Of a stretch of DNA of 64,000 nucleotides, positions 47,154-60,449 are shown piece by piece. This stretch comes from Ylistrum balloti. Taxonomy: Eukaryota. The stretch covers positions 744,001 through 808,000 of the forward strand of contig NW_026782078.1 of the NCBI RefSeq assembly GCF_031769215.1, in the 5' to 3' direction. Under the pieces are notes generated by a model. The model made no database searches, was not told the origin of the DNA, and saw nothing but the letters and a program-made list of their open reading frames with translations. Position numbers and translations under genes: made by a program. The number at the start of each line of letters is the position of its first letter. Position 1 is the first letter of the stretch.

Positions 47154-50100
47154 ATGTTTCTGTCCAGAAAAGGCTTGTGGTTCTCCTTCAGTGTTTTACT
47201 TATATATACATCTATCGTGTGTGTGAATTCTACCAAACAAGACAATGACGCGATAGGAAATGCATTCGGAAGCCTGTTTAAAGGTATAACCGGGATTTTC
47301 TGTTTCGAGTAGTATAATGTTTTTCGAAAACTTTGAAAAGATGTGCATTATGAAATTTGATTCTTTCATACCATTATTTTTAATGTGGTTTGATTTAGAT
47401 ATATTTTAATAGCGTTGTGGGGATTCTTTATCTGCGATAATGTACGCGTATGTTTCCTGTTTCTGTATATCCTGGTTTTCTATCGTCATCTTTTGTCCCG
47501 GTGTGTTGACGTGGTAAAATCTTGGTGATTTTTTCAGTCGTATGGTCCTTTTTGTTATCTGTCAATGCTCCGATAGTTTGCTCTATGTCATCATGTATGG
47601 GTTGTCCCTGTTGTACTGTATGACCGATTATTTTCACGGGATGATGGTCAAGTTACATTAATAAAGTGTGAATTAACGAGACAATTGTATCTAAGATGTT
47701 CTTATCGGACCAGATCGTGAAATGTTCATTAAGAAATATATATAATTTTTAAAGAAAATCGTAAAAGCTTTCACCCGTGAAAATTACAAGTTGTACGATA
47801 TATAGGTTAAGAAATACATTAGTATTACACACGTATAAAAGTTTATTTCTATAGTAGCTGCATGTTACCAGAGTAATTATCAGTATGTGTTATTGGTGTG
47901 TTATTCCGATCACCCTACACGCTGATGTGACGATGTTTATGTTTGTGTCATTCTAAATTTGACGTTGCCATGTTGTTTAAATGGTTCCTTTAGGAACACT
48001 CATACCATCCTGGTATTCTTGTGATTTTTCTTTAAGCAATACTCAACGTCGTAAGGTCACAATTCGAAGCAACAAAGGATTTTGTTCCTGGACTCGATAC
48101 GGCTGGAGGATCCACAAATCTCACGACTCAGGTATGTTGTCTCATCTTACGTCATCAAAAGTTACCAAAACATTTGTAATCATGTTTAGCTAACAGATGG
48201 ACCGGTGAGCTTACTCCATGGCGCAGCGTTCGTCGTCGGCGTATCTAAATTTTACTAAATGTCGCTACTTGTCATGAACGACAGAACAGATTGTAATCAT
48301 AACTGGTATGATGCACTCTTCGCGGAAGAAGAACGAAGTTTGTATAAATATTGGTTTTCAGCCCCCAGTGGTGTGATGGACGGGTCCCGAAAGGGAAAGT
48401 TTTGCAAACTCCTACTCCTCCTGAATGAATGGATGAAAATTGCCCAAAACTGGTATGAAGCATTCCTGGATGAAGAGGAATCAATCTTGTATAACTGGTG
48501 GGTCTCGACCTCTTGGGGCTGCAAGGGCGGAGCTCAATATAGAAAATAATGCAGATTCTTCGAAATTCTACTCCTCTTGTAGCAATGATTTAATTTTGTG
48601 CAAATTTGGTCTGAAGTGCTCTTGAGTGAAGCGGAATAAGTTCTGTACAACCTGTGGATACTGGCCACCTGGAGCGGGAGGGGTTGGGCAAAACTGGAGA
48701 ATTCTAAGTTCACAAAAATCCTCTTCCATTCAAGGATATTGTCCAAGTGTTGTCTGAAGCAATTTTCATGAATAGTGAATCTGACTTCAGTTTCAGCACA
48801 AGGCCAGGTAATTTTTGTTATCACCATTATTTATGTTTTTTCCTTTGATTACACAAACAGCGTATTACATACGTATAACTATTTAGCTGTGTTATTTACT
48901 TTTCTAGAATGCTGGAGTAAATGACATTGGGGATCAGACGAATCATGACACCAAGGTAAGTTGCAAATTTAATACTTAAGTAATGCCAAGAATAAGGAGG
49001 GGAAAAGGTCAAACGAGGAAAATTTGGGAAATAGACTGAACCTTAAAGACCTTATCAGAGCAATGATTGGGAAAGCCAAAATACTGGGACATGTTCACAA
49101 TGCAGCCGAGTAGGTAACCAGCAAGCACTCTAAAGGATATTATATAAGGAATATATTTCCCAGGAGTATGAGTGATTCACCAAGGATTAGGAGCAGGTTG
49201 TCAACTGTTATCATGGCTCGGCACATCATGCTGATATGGAAAGTGACTTGCATTTCAACTTCAATAACTTTCAACTAATACTCATAATTATATATATATC
49301 TTTATATAGGTAATCATGAATATTAGTTGAGAGGGTTTGACTGTATGAATTTATTCAAATACAAAGTCTGCAATCTATCATAATGTTTTATGGAGAGAAA
49401 ATACTATTTTTGTATAAGGCAAATTCATTAGTTGATTTTAATATATGCAGAAAAGTGGTATTAAGGGTATTATGTTTAGAAAATAATAATTAAATTGTGA
49501 TTCTCTCCTGGCAGGTTGGCATGAAGGTAGACATGAAATCGAAGAAAATCTTTTTCAATGACGATGTTAAGCATTCTACAGAGAGTCCATCTATCGACGA
49601 GGAAGCTCTGTCGCCTCCAACAGTCATGGGAGATCATGGAACCACCGATGAATCCCAGGACAGTGCAACTAATGTGCCTGGTCCAGAATACCAGGAAAGT
49701 CATCAGGATCAAACCTCAGATCAGAGAACTGGGGACGAAAGTCAAATCGGTTCAACAACACAAAGCACACAGGATAACTACCAGTCATCAGATACTGGGG
49801 ATGCCTTCGGGAATAGTAAAATTCCGGATGTTTCTTTCTCGGGTGGGAAATCTTTGTCATCAAGCGACGGTCTCCCAGGCCAGGTACATGGACCGGATAA
49901 GTGGCCATTCCAGCCTGATGTTAAAGACATGTTAGGAGTTCTTGGAAAGGAAATAACTGAACCAGTCGAAGTGTTTGGAGGAAAGCATGAAATAGATCAA
50001 GCAGGGTTTGTTCTTGCAAACAACATGACCGAAATTTCCATGCCAACGAATGAGTCGTCACCCAGCCACACAGCCGTGGAATCCACAGATTCACCAAATA

Positions 50101-50624
50101 TCCAACAGCCAGGTCAGGAAGCGGAAAACGGAGCGCCGATTCAAGGGACTGGACAACCCAACACATTGTCAGATAACGTTGATAACACAGCGAAGGAGTC
50201 TGGAGGATTCGATGGCGAAAACCCATTACTGCATCTACAGGAATTACAAACAGGAGTCGAGGAAGAAGTATGGCCAATTGAGCAAAACGTGGGTGATATG
50301 ATTCAGACTGTAGAGACAGAACTGGTTCAGCATGGAATGTCTTCTCCAGCTGGTAAGGGACAAGGACAAGGTCACGATTACATTGGTGGTCTGGAACCTA
50401 ACGGTGGACCACTAACAGAATCTAATCTATCTGCTGACAAAGAAAACGTTGAAACAACTGAGCAGGCTAATGGTGATGATAGCGACGTAAAACTCGAGAC
50501 AAAACCTCTTGTTGTCAGCGAAGGAAGTGATCTTGATCAGAACTCTCATAACACAGGAGGTACGAAAGGCACACAAAAGTCTGACGATTCCAATACTCTT
50601 CTGCGGTTAGTGAATACTATATAA
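47154..50624 (+). CDS. Cluster gene 6: secreted acidic low-complexity protein, 460 aa, 4 exons (47154-47283, 48037-48131, 48908-48955, 49515-50624)
   Basis: Signal-like MFLSRKGLWFSFSVLLIYTSIVCVNS, then ...AIGNAFGSLFK|A-ILNVVRSQFEATKDFVPGLDTAGGSTNLTTQ|NAGVNDIGDQTNHDTK|VGMKVD... The last exon is 1110 nt and S/T/D/E/Q/G-rich. Phases 1,0,0; total 1383 nt. Confidence 0.78.
48185..48830 (+). mobile_element. HINE-like non-autonomous element in gene 6 intron 2
   Basis: Starts tttagctaac...gtgagctta...cgttcgtcgtcggcgt, followed by three degenerate ~150 bp internal repeats (aactggtatga.gca.t...gaagagga...t.ttgtataa.tggt). Confidence 0.5.
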
Positions 50625-51038
50625 ACATGACACAATTAAGCAGACATCGATTGGGTCAACATCGAGAGACGATTAACCATGAATATTTCATAACGTTACA
50701 CTGATATATGTAATCCTCCATTTTGTTAGATACAAATTTGCTCTCATAATGTTTTATGTTTTCTGTTTACATGTATGAACATGATATGTAAAGAAGATAT
50801 GATTGAAAAAGGGACAATAAAATGTACAAAATCCATGTCTTTATCTATAGTGTTAAAGGAAGCTAATCAGTGCAGATATAAAATATATTTACTACCCGTA
50901 AACACAATCTATCGAAGCATTTTGTTTTATTTAACAATTCTGCCATTAAATCTCTTATGATAAATTTGGTAATGTGGTAGTGTGTCATTTTTCACACGAA
51001 TCCAGAATATTATATTCTACACTGATGTCACTAAACGT

Positions 51039-54000
51039 TTAAGACATCGCACATAAAATCTTATCTTTAACATCATCAAGCATTTCGTATCTGTCAACGT
51101 GGAAGTAGTTATTGCCTCCAGTGGTCAGATTTTGTGCTTGACCTCCAAGCACTCTGTCACCTACACCGATGACGTAGAGGTCAATTCTCTGGAAGGCGGC
51201 ATACTTTGCCTCCCTCTTTGCTTTGGAGAGTTCGAAATCTTGCAGCGTTTTGTCCAAAAACAAGATTCCGACTTTATTCATAGCTTTTCTCTCAAACTTG
51301 ATTCGCGTTTTCTTCATGATGGTGTTGAAGGGCCTGACAGATACGAAATCGAGCCCGCGGTCTATTTCGTCTGTGCTGTGTGCCTTGTTTATCAAGGCAT
51401 CCCCTCCGCCATCTTTAATACCACATCCACCGGATATGACCGAGACGGTCATGCGCTGTGACATCTGCGGAAGCTCAGAAAACATTTTATGGATGAACTG
51501 GAGGATAAATTTAGCGTTCTCCGTGCCGATAGCCGACATATCAAAGCCAAATACTGCATTCACTGGGCCTCTTGGAATGCACACTGTGAATGAATGATAA
51601 ACCAGTAAAACTGTTATAAAAGAAAATAAAATACAGATTTCTCACATGACAAATCTACAAATTATTAAACTTATTCCAAAATCTTATTGAAAAGAGAACT
51701 AAAATTTTTTGAAAGTATGTTATCGAGTAGACAACAAGACTTTTCCATATGTAGTGCAGGAGGCAGGTGCTCCTTCATAGCTTTGACGTGTTAATAGTTT
51801 AAGTATGTTTATGAAATAATTAACTGAGCGACTCTTTTCTTCATTTAAAGATAATGTCGCTTTACTGGTCATGTAGATCTTGTATGTCTCACCTTTGTTC
51901 CCGCTATCGTCCATCATTGGTGGGAGGGTGGGGGCCGGAGTGGTGACAGGATCCTCTATAGGAACAGAAACACCATTCATTGAAGCATTATTGGACAAAG
52001 TCATTACTAAGTTGACGGTTGAATATGAAGGGTGGGAGATTGAAAAATGTCACCAGTTTTTCAGTGACAATCGTTCTATACTAACACACGTTTGTCAATG
52101 GGATTTTATGAAGCGAGTATTAGATATTTTTTTTATTTTTGTGAGCCATGGCGAGCAGATCTGAAAACCTGGAGACGATTTCAGAAAATCTCATACTTTC
52201 TATCACATGACTCGGAAAAAACTACATCTTGTCAAGTTTTGAAGTAGCAATGCGGAGGACGAAATCAAACACAGACAGACGTTTTGTAACGTCGTTTTCA
52301 ATTCATGACGTAGTATCATTGTCTATATTGTGACATCAGAAATGCACAGCCAGCGAAACACTTTTCATGGTATTGTACTGGTGACGTGTACGCAAAATTA
52401 TTACATTGGTGAATTTATTACACAACATGCGGATTATTTGATTAAAGGATATGTTTATTATGAGAGATTGACGTTAACATGTATACTAAGTTAGCAGCAG
52501 TCACATATCCTCGACACGTCACTTTGTATCAATTAATAATTCTATTTAGATTTTCTATAAATGTCAAAAAGGGATGATAGGCAATTACAACTTACGAACT
52601 CATAAATACTACAAAACTGCATCACGTGACATACAAATTTACATTCGTTTATATACAAACACTTATCAATTTCAACAAAATCTTTGGTTGGCAGATGTAT
52701 TTAAAGCAATTTATCAAAATATGGTTAAGGTAAAGTGACAGAAAAGTAGAGAAGAGAATCAAGGAGTGTACGAGTACAGATTTAGTGCTGACGATAATGA
52801 GTTCATCCATAGCATAATGACTGTTAACATACATTCAATTTAGTCTGACATATGTTAGAAATGGATTGTACATTACGTTTGCATGCTTTGTTAGCCAGCT
52901 TCGACTTGATGGAGTTCAGAGCATCAAAATTAGCAATCCGGAACATGTAGTTTTCGGTAGGTTCGCTAGCAATGTCAGTCAGTTCCTGAGTGTCCACGTT
53001 CCTCTAGAAGTAAAGAAGATCACAACAAACCAGAAAATTTAACAAATATCAATATTAAAATTACCAAAACACTAATCTCAGTAAGATTAATGAGTTATGA
53101 GTATCAATTTGCCTCGGTAAGAACAATGGGTAAAAAGCTATTAACATATTTCAAAATATAACCCAGGAGTGACAACATTAATTCAAACCACGAGAGCAAA
53201 AGCGTATGTCCAGAAATGCCCCAGGAGATTCAACTTTCTTGATGTAACCTTCAGGATGTCTGCTATCAGCTCCTGACAATATTCGTTTTCGTTCAGTAAA
53301 TGTATCTTTCAAACACATGATGAACATGTCTTGTCACAACTGATATCCAACCCCCATGATGAATGTCTTGTCACAACTGATATCAAAACCACATCATGAA
53401 TATGTCTTGTCACAAGTGATATCAAAACCACATGATGAATGTCTTGTCACAACTGATATCAAAGCCACATGATGAACATGTCTTGTCACAACTGATATCA
53501 AAACCACATGATTAGCATGTCTTGTCACAACTGATATCAAAACCACATCATGAATATGTCTTGTCATGACTGATATCAACAGTTTTCAACTACAACACAA
53601 CGCTATAAAAACTAAAGAGAACGGTATCAAGACGAAACACGACTGGAGATGTGCAGATAATACCATCCTCAAGTTAGAGTGTATTTTGTATCTATTACAC
53701 TATGCTATGGATACAAAAGGAAGTTCAAAGCAAAAATATCACCAACAAAAAAAATAGAATTGTTAAGATATCAGTGACTGCACAGTTTATCTTTTATCAA
53801 TGTCATGTGAATACTTTAAACACCATTAAAGAACTGGGCTAATGATACTATTCGATATGTAAATATAAAAATGTGTACTTACATCGCCACCTATTCCAAC
53901 AACAAACACGCTTATCCCCCTTTTTTTGACCTCCATTGCTTCTTGTTTGGTCTTCTCCATGTTATACGACATTCCGTCGGTGAGAACGATTGCGATGTGT

Positions 54001-57000
54001 GACACGTCCGGTCTCATGACTCCCGGGACAAAAACACCGGTCCAGAGCAGATTTAAGGCGTCGGCCGTGTGTGTTCCCCCGCCTTGATAGAAAATGTTGG
54101 AGGAGGAGATTTGATGCAGGACCGCATCCTTGTTTCTGATTTCACCGAGGCCGATTTCTTCTATGACCTTGGTACTGTTGAAAAGTCACAAGTAAGGACA
54201 AACTAGTTATTAGACAGAAAGAGCTGCTGACATGTCAAGAACATTTTAATGTGGTCCATTCGATCACTAGGACAAAAATATGATTTAGCTTGCTCGACGA
54301 CGCAAGTTTCTTTCGAGTACACAGATGCCATGGCATATAAAGACTCTCTTGAATGTTTTCATAGCATAATATAGTTTGTTTCATAATTGTTCTAGAATTA
54401 TTTAGAAGAAAAAATAATTTCATAACATGACGCCTACCTGAAGCTGATAACGCCCACACGCGTCTTGTCGGAGTCGACATCGAAGATGGAAACGACATCT
54501 CTGGTGAAATTGATCTCTTTCTCGAAGTCCATGTAGTTGATGCTTCCGGACGTATCCAGGACGAACATGATGTCTGCCGCTTTTCCGCCACATGCTACAG
54601 GAGAAACAAACATAAATAAAGTGCACTATATAATGCTGGGTGCCTCGGTAGCCGTGATCGACAATGCGCTTAAGGAATGACTGTCGTTAATCAAGCGTGA
54701 ACTTAAGACCACTTTCCCCTAGAAGATGGGTTCAAGATGCACTGGTTGCGGGGGACGATGTCTGTTGAGTCGGTTTTCCTCCCACCGATGACACATTGTT
54801 TATCCTCCGCGGGATTTTCCTCAGACATCAAAAACAACATTTGTTCCTTTAGCGGTGTCGTAATAAATAGTCAACACGGCTGATGTTACAGTTTAAAATA
54901 AAAGTTCATTTACAGTATTCATGAGATTCAGTGTTTTGATGAATTTAAAAGAGTTTTGTGATCTTTGGATTTTTCATTTCTGGACATCAACATTCCTACA
55001 CCCCAAACCTAGTAAAAAAAACTATTTACATGTAGCAGTTGAGTCGATATGTAGGACCTCTTCCCGATGTCAAGACTTTCACGCAAGATGTCGGCAATTC
55101 ACAAACGCACAACACAGGTTTCAAGAGATGCAGGTTGATGAATATAATGGGAAGTTTTATAGACGTCATGATGATATCATTGACCGTGTTTGACACATAT
55201 TAGTTTGTCGCCTGGTGTTTCCGTTGATGAAAGGTACTATTCTCTTCTTTATCTTTTGTATAATCTTGCGCTCGTTAAGAATTGAGGATTGAGCAGGATG
55301 TCGTTGATGAAGCAAAAAACGCTTACCCTTTATTCACCTCGTACTGTTTCGTTTCTTTTCTTACTTTTACTTTCCGAAACCGACATGCACAGTATTCCAT
55401 GAAGCTGTATGATAAGCGTTATGATTTCGATTTCCATGTTGTAAACTTTTCGATTGATATACAAGGGCCTGTTCCCAATATCACAATTTTGAGCAATATG
55501 AAGCTTGACGTGTTTGCTGCTTGTTGGTTCCGTTGTTGTATACCTCGTTCTCATTTGAGAACTTACTTGGATTTACCTAGATTTACCTAATGGGTGTCGT
55601 CGATGAAGCAGAAGAGGCGCACTCTTCCGGAACACCTTATACTCCATGTACTTTTTCGGGGGTTTCCGTGTAACTAATTCTTTTGTTCATATTTTACCTT
55701 AGTTTCATTGAATTTGTGTTACGATTATAATTATATTGACATAATGGTATTTTCTTTTTTGTCATGAACGCCTTCATTATTGTCTTGTAATATAAAACAA
55801 CTTTTTTAAAAGGTTAACAAATACTATATACTCAGAATAATGTTTCGATTATGATTTCCAATATTTTTGTCCAGTATCTTGGAAATGATCATTAATAAAT
55901 AAATATGTTGAGTTAGAGGCGAAACCGCTGTCTTTACTATGATTGCCAATATCGACGTTGAGTTTGAATACAAAACCACTATCTTGAATATGATTGCCAA
56001 TACCTAGGTTGGGCGTGGATGCAAAACAAATGTCTTGGATATAATTGTCAATAACTATGATGAGCTTGGATGCGAAACAAATGTCTTGAATATGATAATT
56101 AATATCTATGTTGAGGTTGGATGCGAAACCATTGTCTTGAACCTAATCGCCAGTATCTAGGTCGACACTGGATGCGGAACTGTCTTGAACCTAATCGCCA
56201 GTATCTAGGTCGACACTGGATGCGGAACTGTCTTGAACCTAATCGCCAGTATCTAGGTCGACACTGGATGCGGAACTGTCTTGAACATAATCGCCAGTAT
56301 CTAGGTCGACACTGGATGCGGAACTGTCTTGAACCTAATCGCCAGTATCTAGGTCGACACTAGATGCGGAACTGTCTTATTAACTACTCAGTACAAGTAG
56401 TGTTCAAAAATAAAGACAATACAATAATTCTGAGTCATCATTCAGTTTAAGACCAATCAAGATGATGAGAAGACTTCCTTTGTCCTAAAATATATTTTCT
56501 TTGGTATTCAGTCTTTCTGTTTATGTGACGCGAGCTCGTCATTAGTCACATACTTCATCAATTCCCAGTAGCGAGCTCCACATGCTTAGGTTACATAACG
56601 ACATCAATGAATGACAGGAACACTTTCCTTTTCCTAATCAAATAGGGACCGATCCCGGGGTTGTTCCAATCAAATAACATCATTGCTGACGTCATATATA
56701 ATACGGTCGTGGAATTGACACCTGATATTTATACAATTAATTCGACAGCACTTACATCACTAGCTGTATCATCAAATTATAAGTCTAGAATGTCTTAACA
56801 TTATGTAATAAAACCAAACTACAAATATATCTTTATGTTTAACATCAATAATAGATAGAGCAAGATAAAACAAGAAAATAATACCGATAGTCCAGTATTT
56901 TATTCAAACATTTAAATTGGGATGAAAATATGAAAAAAGAAAAAACTAACGAACACTAATATCCTAGAAACAAGACAATAAAACCCGACGTTTGGTAATG

Positions 57001-59803
57001 GTGGGTCTCGTTTGCTTCCTCGAAGACCATTTAAAATAATGTCACGTTCTCAAAGTAAGAGCTGAATTGATAGGAACGGAAAACTGATTAATACTTATCA
57101 ACATCGAACACATGAAGTACTACAAAATAGATTACCTACTATGGCTTTTATTACGATGACAATAAAACATAGTCCTTAAAAATGTATATGTACATATCTC
57201 TCTCGAAAGCAAACAGGGAACAAACAAGGAAATAAATCCTTTTTATACCCCTTATCATTATATACAACTTATCTAAACATTGACTTTTATACATTATATA
57301 GACGTTTTGTCCTTCAGTGAATCAGCAGTGATGCTAAGTACCTTAGTTTCACAACCTAGAACGCTACTTATATGAGTATGTGAAAACTCTACCTTTGGAT
57401 GATTTCAAAATAATAACTGTTGACATCTATCGTTAAAATGTTATATCGAGAGAAAAAATATGTAATATCGAATCATTTGCGACATTTTAACAACATAGAT
57501 TTGAGAAGCAGGATTGTTACTACCCAGTGATGGATGGTTCAGACCAATGCCTTTAAAAACATCGCGCTTATTGGAAATGAGTCATGATCATTTCCTTGGA
57601 AATAAAGATCGAATTTCCTGTGTAGTCTGCCATGTTTTCAATTCTAAAGGGCGTGGTCCATAATTGTTACATTACTGAAAGAAATAAAGAGTAAATTTGA
57701 AGAAACTGACAAGATCTTCAACGTCATGGATAAAACAACACCCAACACCACCATCCACTACGCAATGAAATACGACATTGAAGGAACCACAGTACAACAG
57801 GACAGGTTAAGATAAATATTCACGAGAAATAAAAACATTCGAAATCATTAAATACAAATTGACAAAAACAAAATTCAAACATGTTTAAAACAGCAGTCAG
57901 AAACAACATCAAAAACTAAATAAGAACAACCAAACAAAAACAATATCGAAGGTGATGGAATATCGAAATAAAAGGAAAGACAACATAAAACGTGTTTATA
58001 TGTCAAAATGAACAGAAAAAACAAAGAAAGAAATGGGACGATAATAAAATTAGCAACAGTGTGCTAAGAAAGGAAAGGCAATATCAAAAGCAAGGAGATA
58101 TTCGATCAAATGATATGATAGTATCAAAAGCTTGAAGATTTGACAACGAATGGTAATACCGTATCAAAAGCTTGAGGATTTCACAACGAATGTTAATACA
58201 GTATCAAAAGCGTGGAGATTTGACAACGAATGGTAATACAGTATCACAAGCGGGGAGATTTGACAACGAATGGTAATACAGTATCAAAAGCGGGGAGATT
58301 TGACAACGATTGATAAAACAGTATCACAAGCGGGAAGATTTGAAAACGAATGGTAATACAGTATCAAAGGCGGGGAGATTTGAAAACGAATGGTAATACA
58401 GTATCAAAGGCGGGGAGATTTGACAACGAATGGTAATACAGTATCACAAGCGGGGAGATTTGACAACGAATGGTAATACAGTATCACAAGCGGGGAGATT
58501 TGACAACGAATGGTAATACAGTATCAAGCGGGGAGATTTGACAACGAATGGTAATACAGTATCACAAGCGGGGAGATTTGACAACGAATGGTAATACAGT
58601 ATCAAAAGCGGGGAGATTTGACAACGAATGGTAATACAGTATCACAAGCGGGGAGATTTGACAACGAATGGTAATACAGTATCAAAGGCGGGGAGATTTG
58701 ACAACGAATGGTAATACAGTATCAAAAGCGGGGAGATTTGACAACGAATGGTAATACAGTATCACAAGCGGGGAGATTTGAAAACGAATGGTAACACAGT
58801 ATCAAAAGCGGGGAGATTTGACAACGAATGTAATACAGTATCAAAGCGGGGAATACGAATGGTAATCAGTATCAAGCGGGGAGATTTGACAACGAATGGT
58901 AATACAGTATCAAAGGCGGGGAGATTTGACAACGAATGGTAATACAGTATCAAAGGCGGGGAGATTTGACAACGAATGGTAATACAGTATCAAAGGCGGG
59001 GAGATTTGACAACGAATGGTAATACAGTATCAAAGGCGAGGAGATTTGACAACGAATGGTAATACAGTATCAAAGGCGGGGAGATTTGACAACGAATGGT
59101 AATACAGTATCAAAGGCGGGGAGATTTGACAACGAATGGTAATACAGTATCACAAGCGGGGAGATTTGACAACGAATGGTAATACAGTATCAAAAGCGGG
59201 GAGATTTGACAACGAATGGTAATACAGTATCAAAGGCGGGGAGATTTGACAACGAATGGTAATACAGTATCAAAAGCGGGGAGATTTGACAACGAATGGT
59301 AATACAGTATCAAAGGCGGGGAGATTTGACAACGAATGGTAATACAGTATCACAAGCGGGGAGATTTGACAACGAATGGTAATACAGTATCAAAGGCGGG
59401 GAGATTTGACAACGAATGGTAATACAGTATCAAAAGCGGGGAGATTTGACAACGAATGGTAATACAGTATCAAAAGCGGGGAGATTTGACAACGAATGGT
59501 AATACAGTATCAAAGGCGGGAGATTTGACAACGAATGGTAATACAGTATCAAAAGCGGTAAACAAAAAAAACAAAACGACAGACTAGATTAGGAATAAAA
59601 AGTCAAAGGAACAGGCTGGAGTAGGATTTAAAAAGGGCAGGCTAAATTAGGAATAAAGAACAATAGGAAATGTGATTATTCATTAACCTGTTATATGTTA
59701 CTATGTCATAACATGATAATAGACAGTAACATCGTGTCCTATATTTATAGACAGTACCACTCCACTCACCCTGTATCTCTGAATCGCCAGATCCACCAAC
59801 AAC
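51039..59803 (-). CDS. Double von Willebrand factor A domain protein (collagen VI/matrilin-like vWA extracellular matrix protein), 5' end not found; exons 59770-59803, 54438-54594, 53883-54174, 52877-53003, 51893-52006, 51039-51583
   Basis: vWA1 reads ACGGKAADIMFVLDTSGSI...RVGVISFS...GGGTHTADAL...IAIVLTDGMS...VFVVGIG...ELTDIASEP...LANKAC, with a complete MIDAS (DxSxS, T, D). A Pro/Thr linker (PVTTPAPTLPP) follows. vWA2 reads VCIPRGPVNAVFGFDMSAIG...LYVIGVG...KILCAMS*. Phases 1,2,0,1,1 join into 1269 nt, divisible by 3. AATAAA on the - strand at 50926-50931. Confidence 0.9.
53320..53580. repeat. ~39-bp tandem repeat, ~6 copies, in a vWA gene intron
   Basis: Unit catgatgaacatgtcttgtcacaactgatatcaaaacca. 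Confidence 0.88.
54637..54900 (+). mobile_element. tRNA-derived SINE
   Basis: A-box-like ggtagccgtgatcg, B-box-like gggttcaagatgc, and a central ggttttcctccc...ggattttcctc domain. No cloverleaf. Confidence 0.5.
54960..55745 (+). mobile_element. Rearranged PLE 3' fragments
   Basis: Reads KLYDKRYDFDFHVVNF and GF..CRLM...FYRRHDDI. The terminal-repeat segment gtcgtcgatgaagcagaagaggcgcactcttccggaacac matches 45415-45455. Confidence 0.6.
55910..56375. repeat. 48-bp tandem repeat (5 near-perfect copies preceded by degenerate ones)
   Basis: Unit ggatgcggaactgtcttgaacctaatcgccagtatctaggtcgacact. Confidence 0.88.
58110..59560. repeat. 40-bp minisatellite, ~36 copies
   Basis: Unit gagatttgacaacgaatggtaatacagtatcaaaggcggg. 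Confidence 0.95.
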
Positions 59804-60449
59804 CTGAAAATACATATGTTTTATGATGTTGTAATTAACTCTTCATTGAATAAGTGGAGCAATCATATTTTACATTAACAACAAGACGACTTATGCTTGA
59901 ATACTTTTTTAATAAACACGCCTCGTATTATGTTATACAGCGTACTGTCTAATGAGTACTGCTCCACGCCCGGATCCTATTAGAGACCAGGGATATTGGG
60001 ACATCTAAAACGATTTATCAGTCCATTACGTTACCGAAACATCCAATCATACACACTCATGTTATTAATTTATCAAAGCGGACATTTCACAATTTATGGT
60101 AATACATATTTTATGATATAAGTAAATATCGGTGTAACAGTTTGACCTTACTGGATAAATTGTATGATGATCATGGTTGAAAAGAATCTATAAATTTCAA
60201 AGGCTGGATAAGATTTTTGATACAATATCATCGATTGGTGATACATTAATATCAAAAGCTAATCATACACACGAATGTTATAATACGTTTATACATTTAT
60301 TTATATTTTTATATACACTCGGATGATTGTAATCTGTTTGACCTATTGGAGGAGATTGAGATGATAATTTGGTAGTAATACATGTGTGGATAAGATTATA
60401 TATTCAACAACATACGAACTTAAGATTGTATGATGAAAGAATACAAAAG

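Noticed and set aside
47428-47637. 69-aa minus-strand ORF antisense to gene 6 intron 1
   Set aside because: GTG start, no convincing splice sites linking it to any model, and no recognisable motif.
48259-48549. 96-aa Trp-rich ORF with an internal repeat (NWYDALF/NWYEAFL)
   Set aside because: Lies within the internal tandem repeats of a HINE-like element in gene 6 intron 2. The third repeat copy contains stops.
54637-54740. tRNA gene
   Set aside because: A/B-box-like motifs are present but there is no cloverleaf, and it continues into a SINE body.
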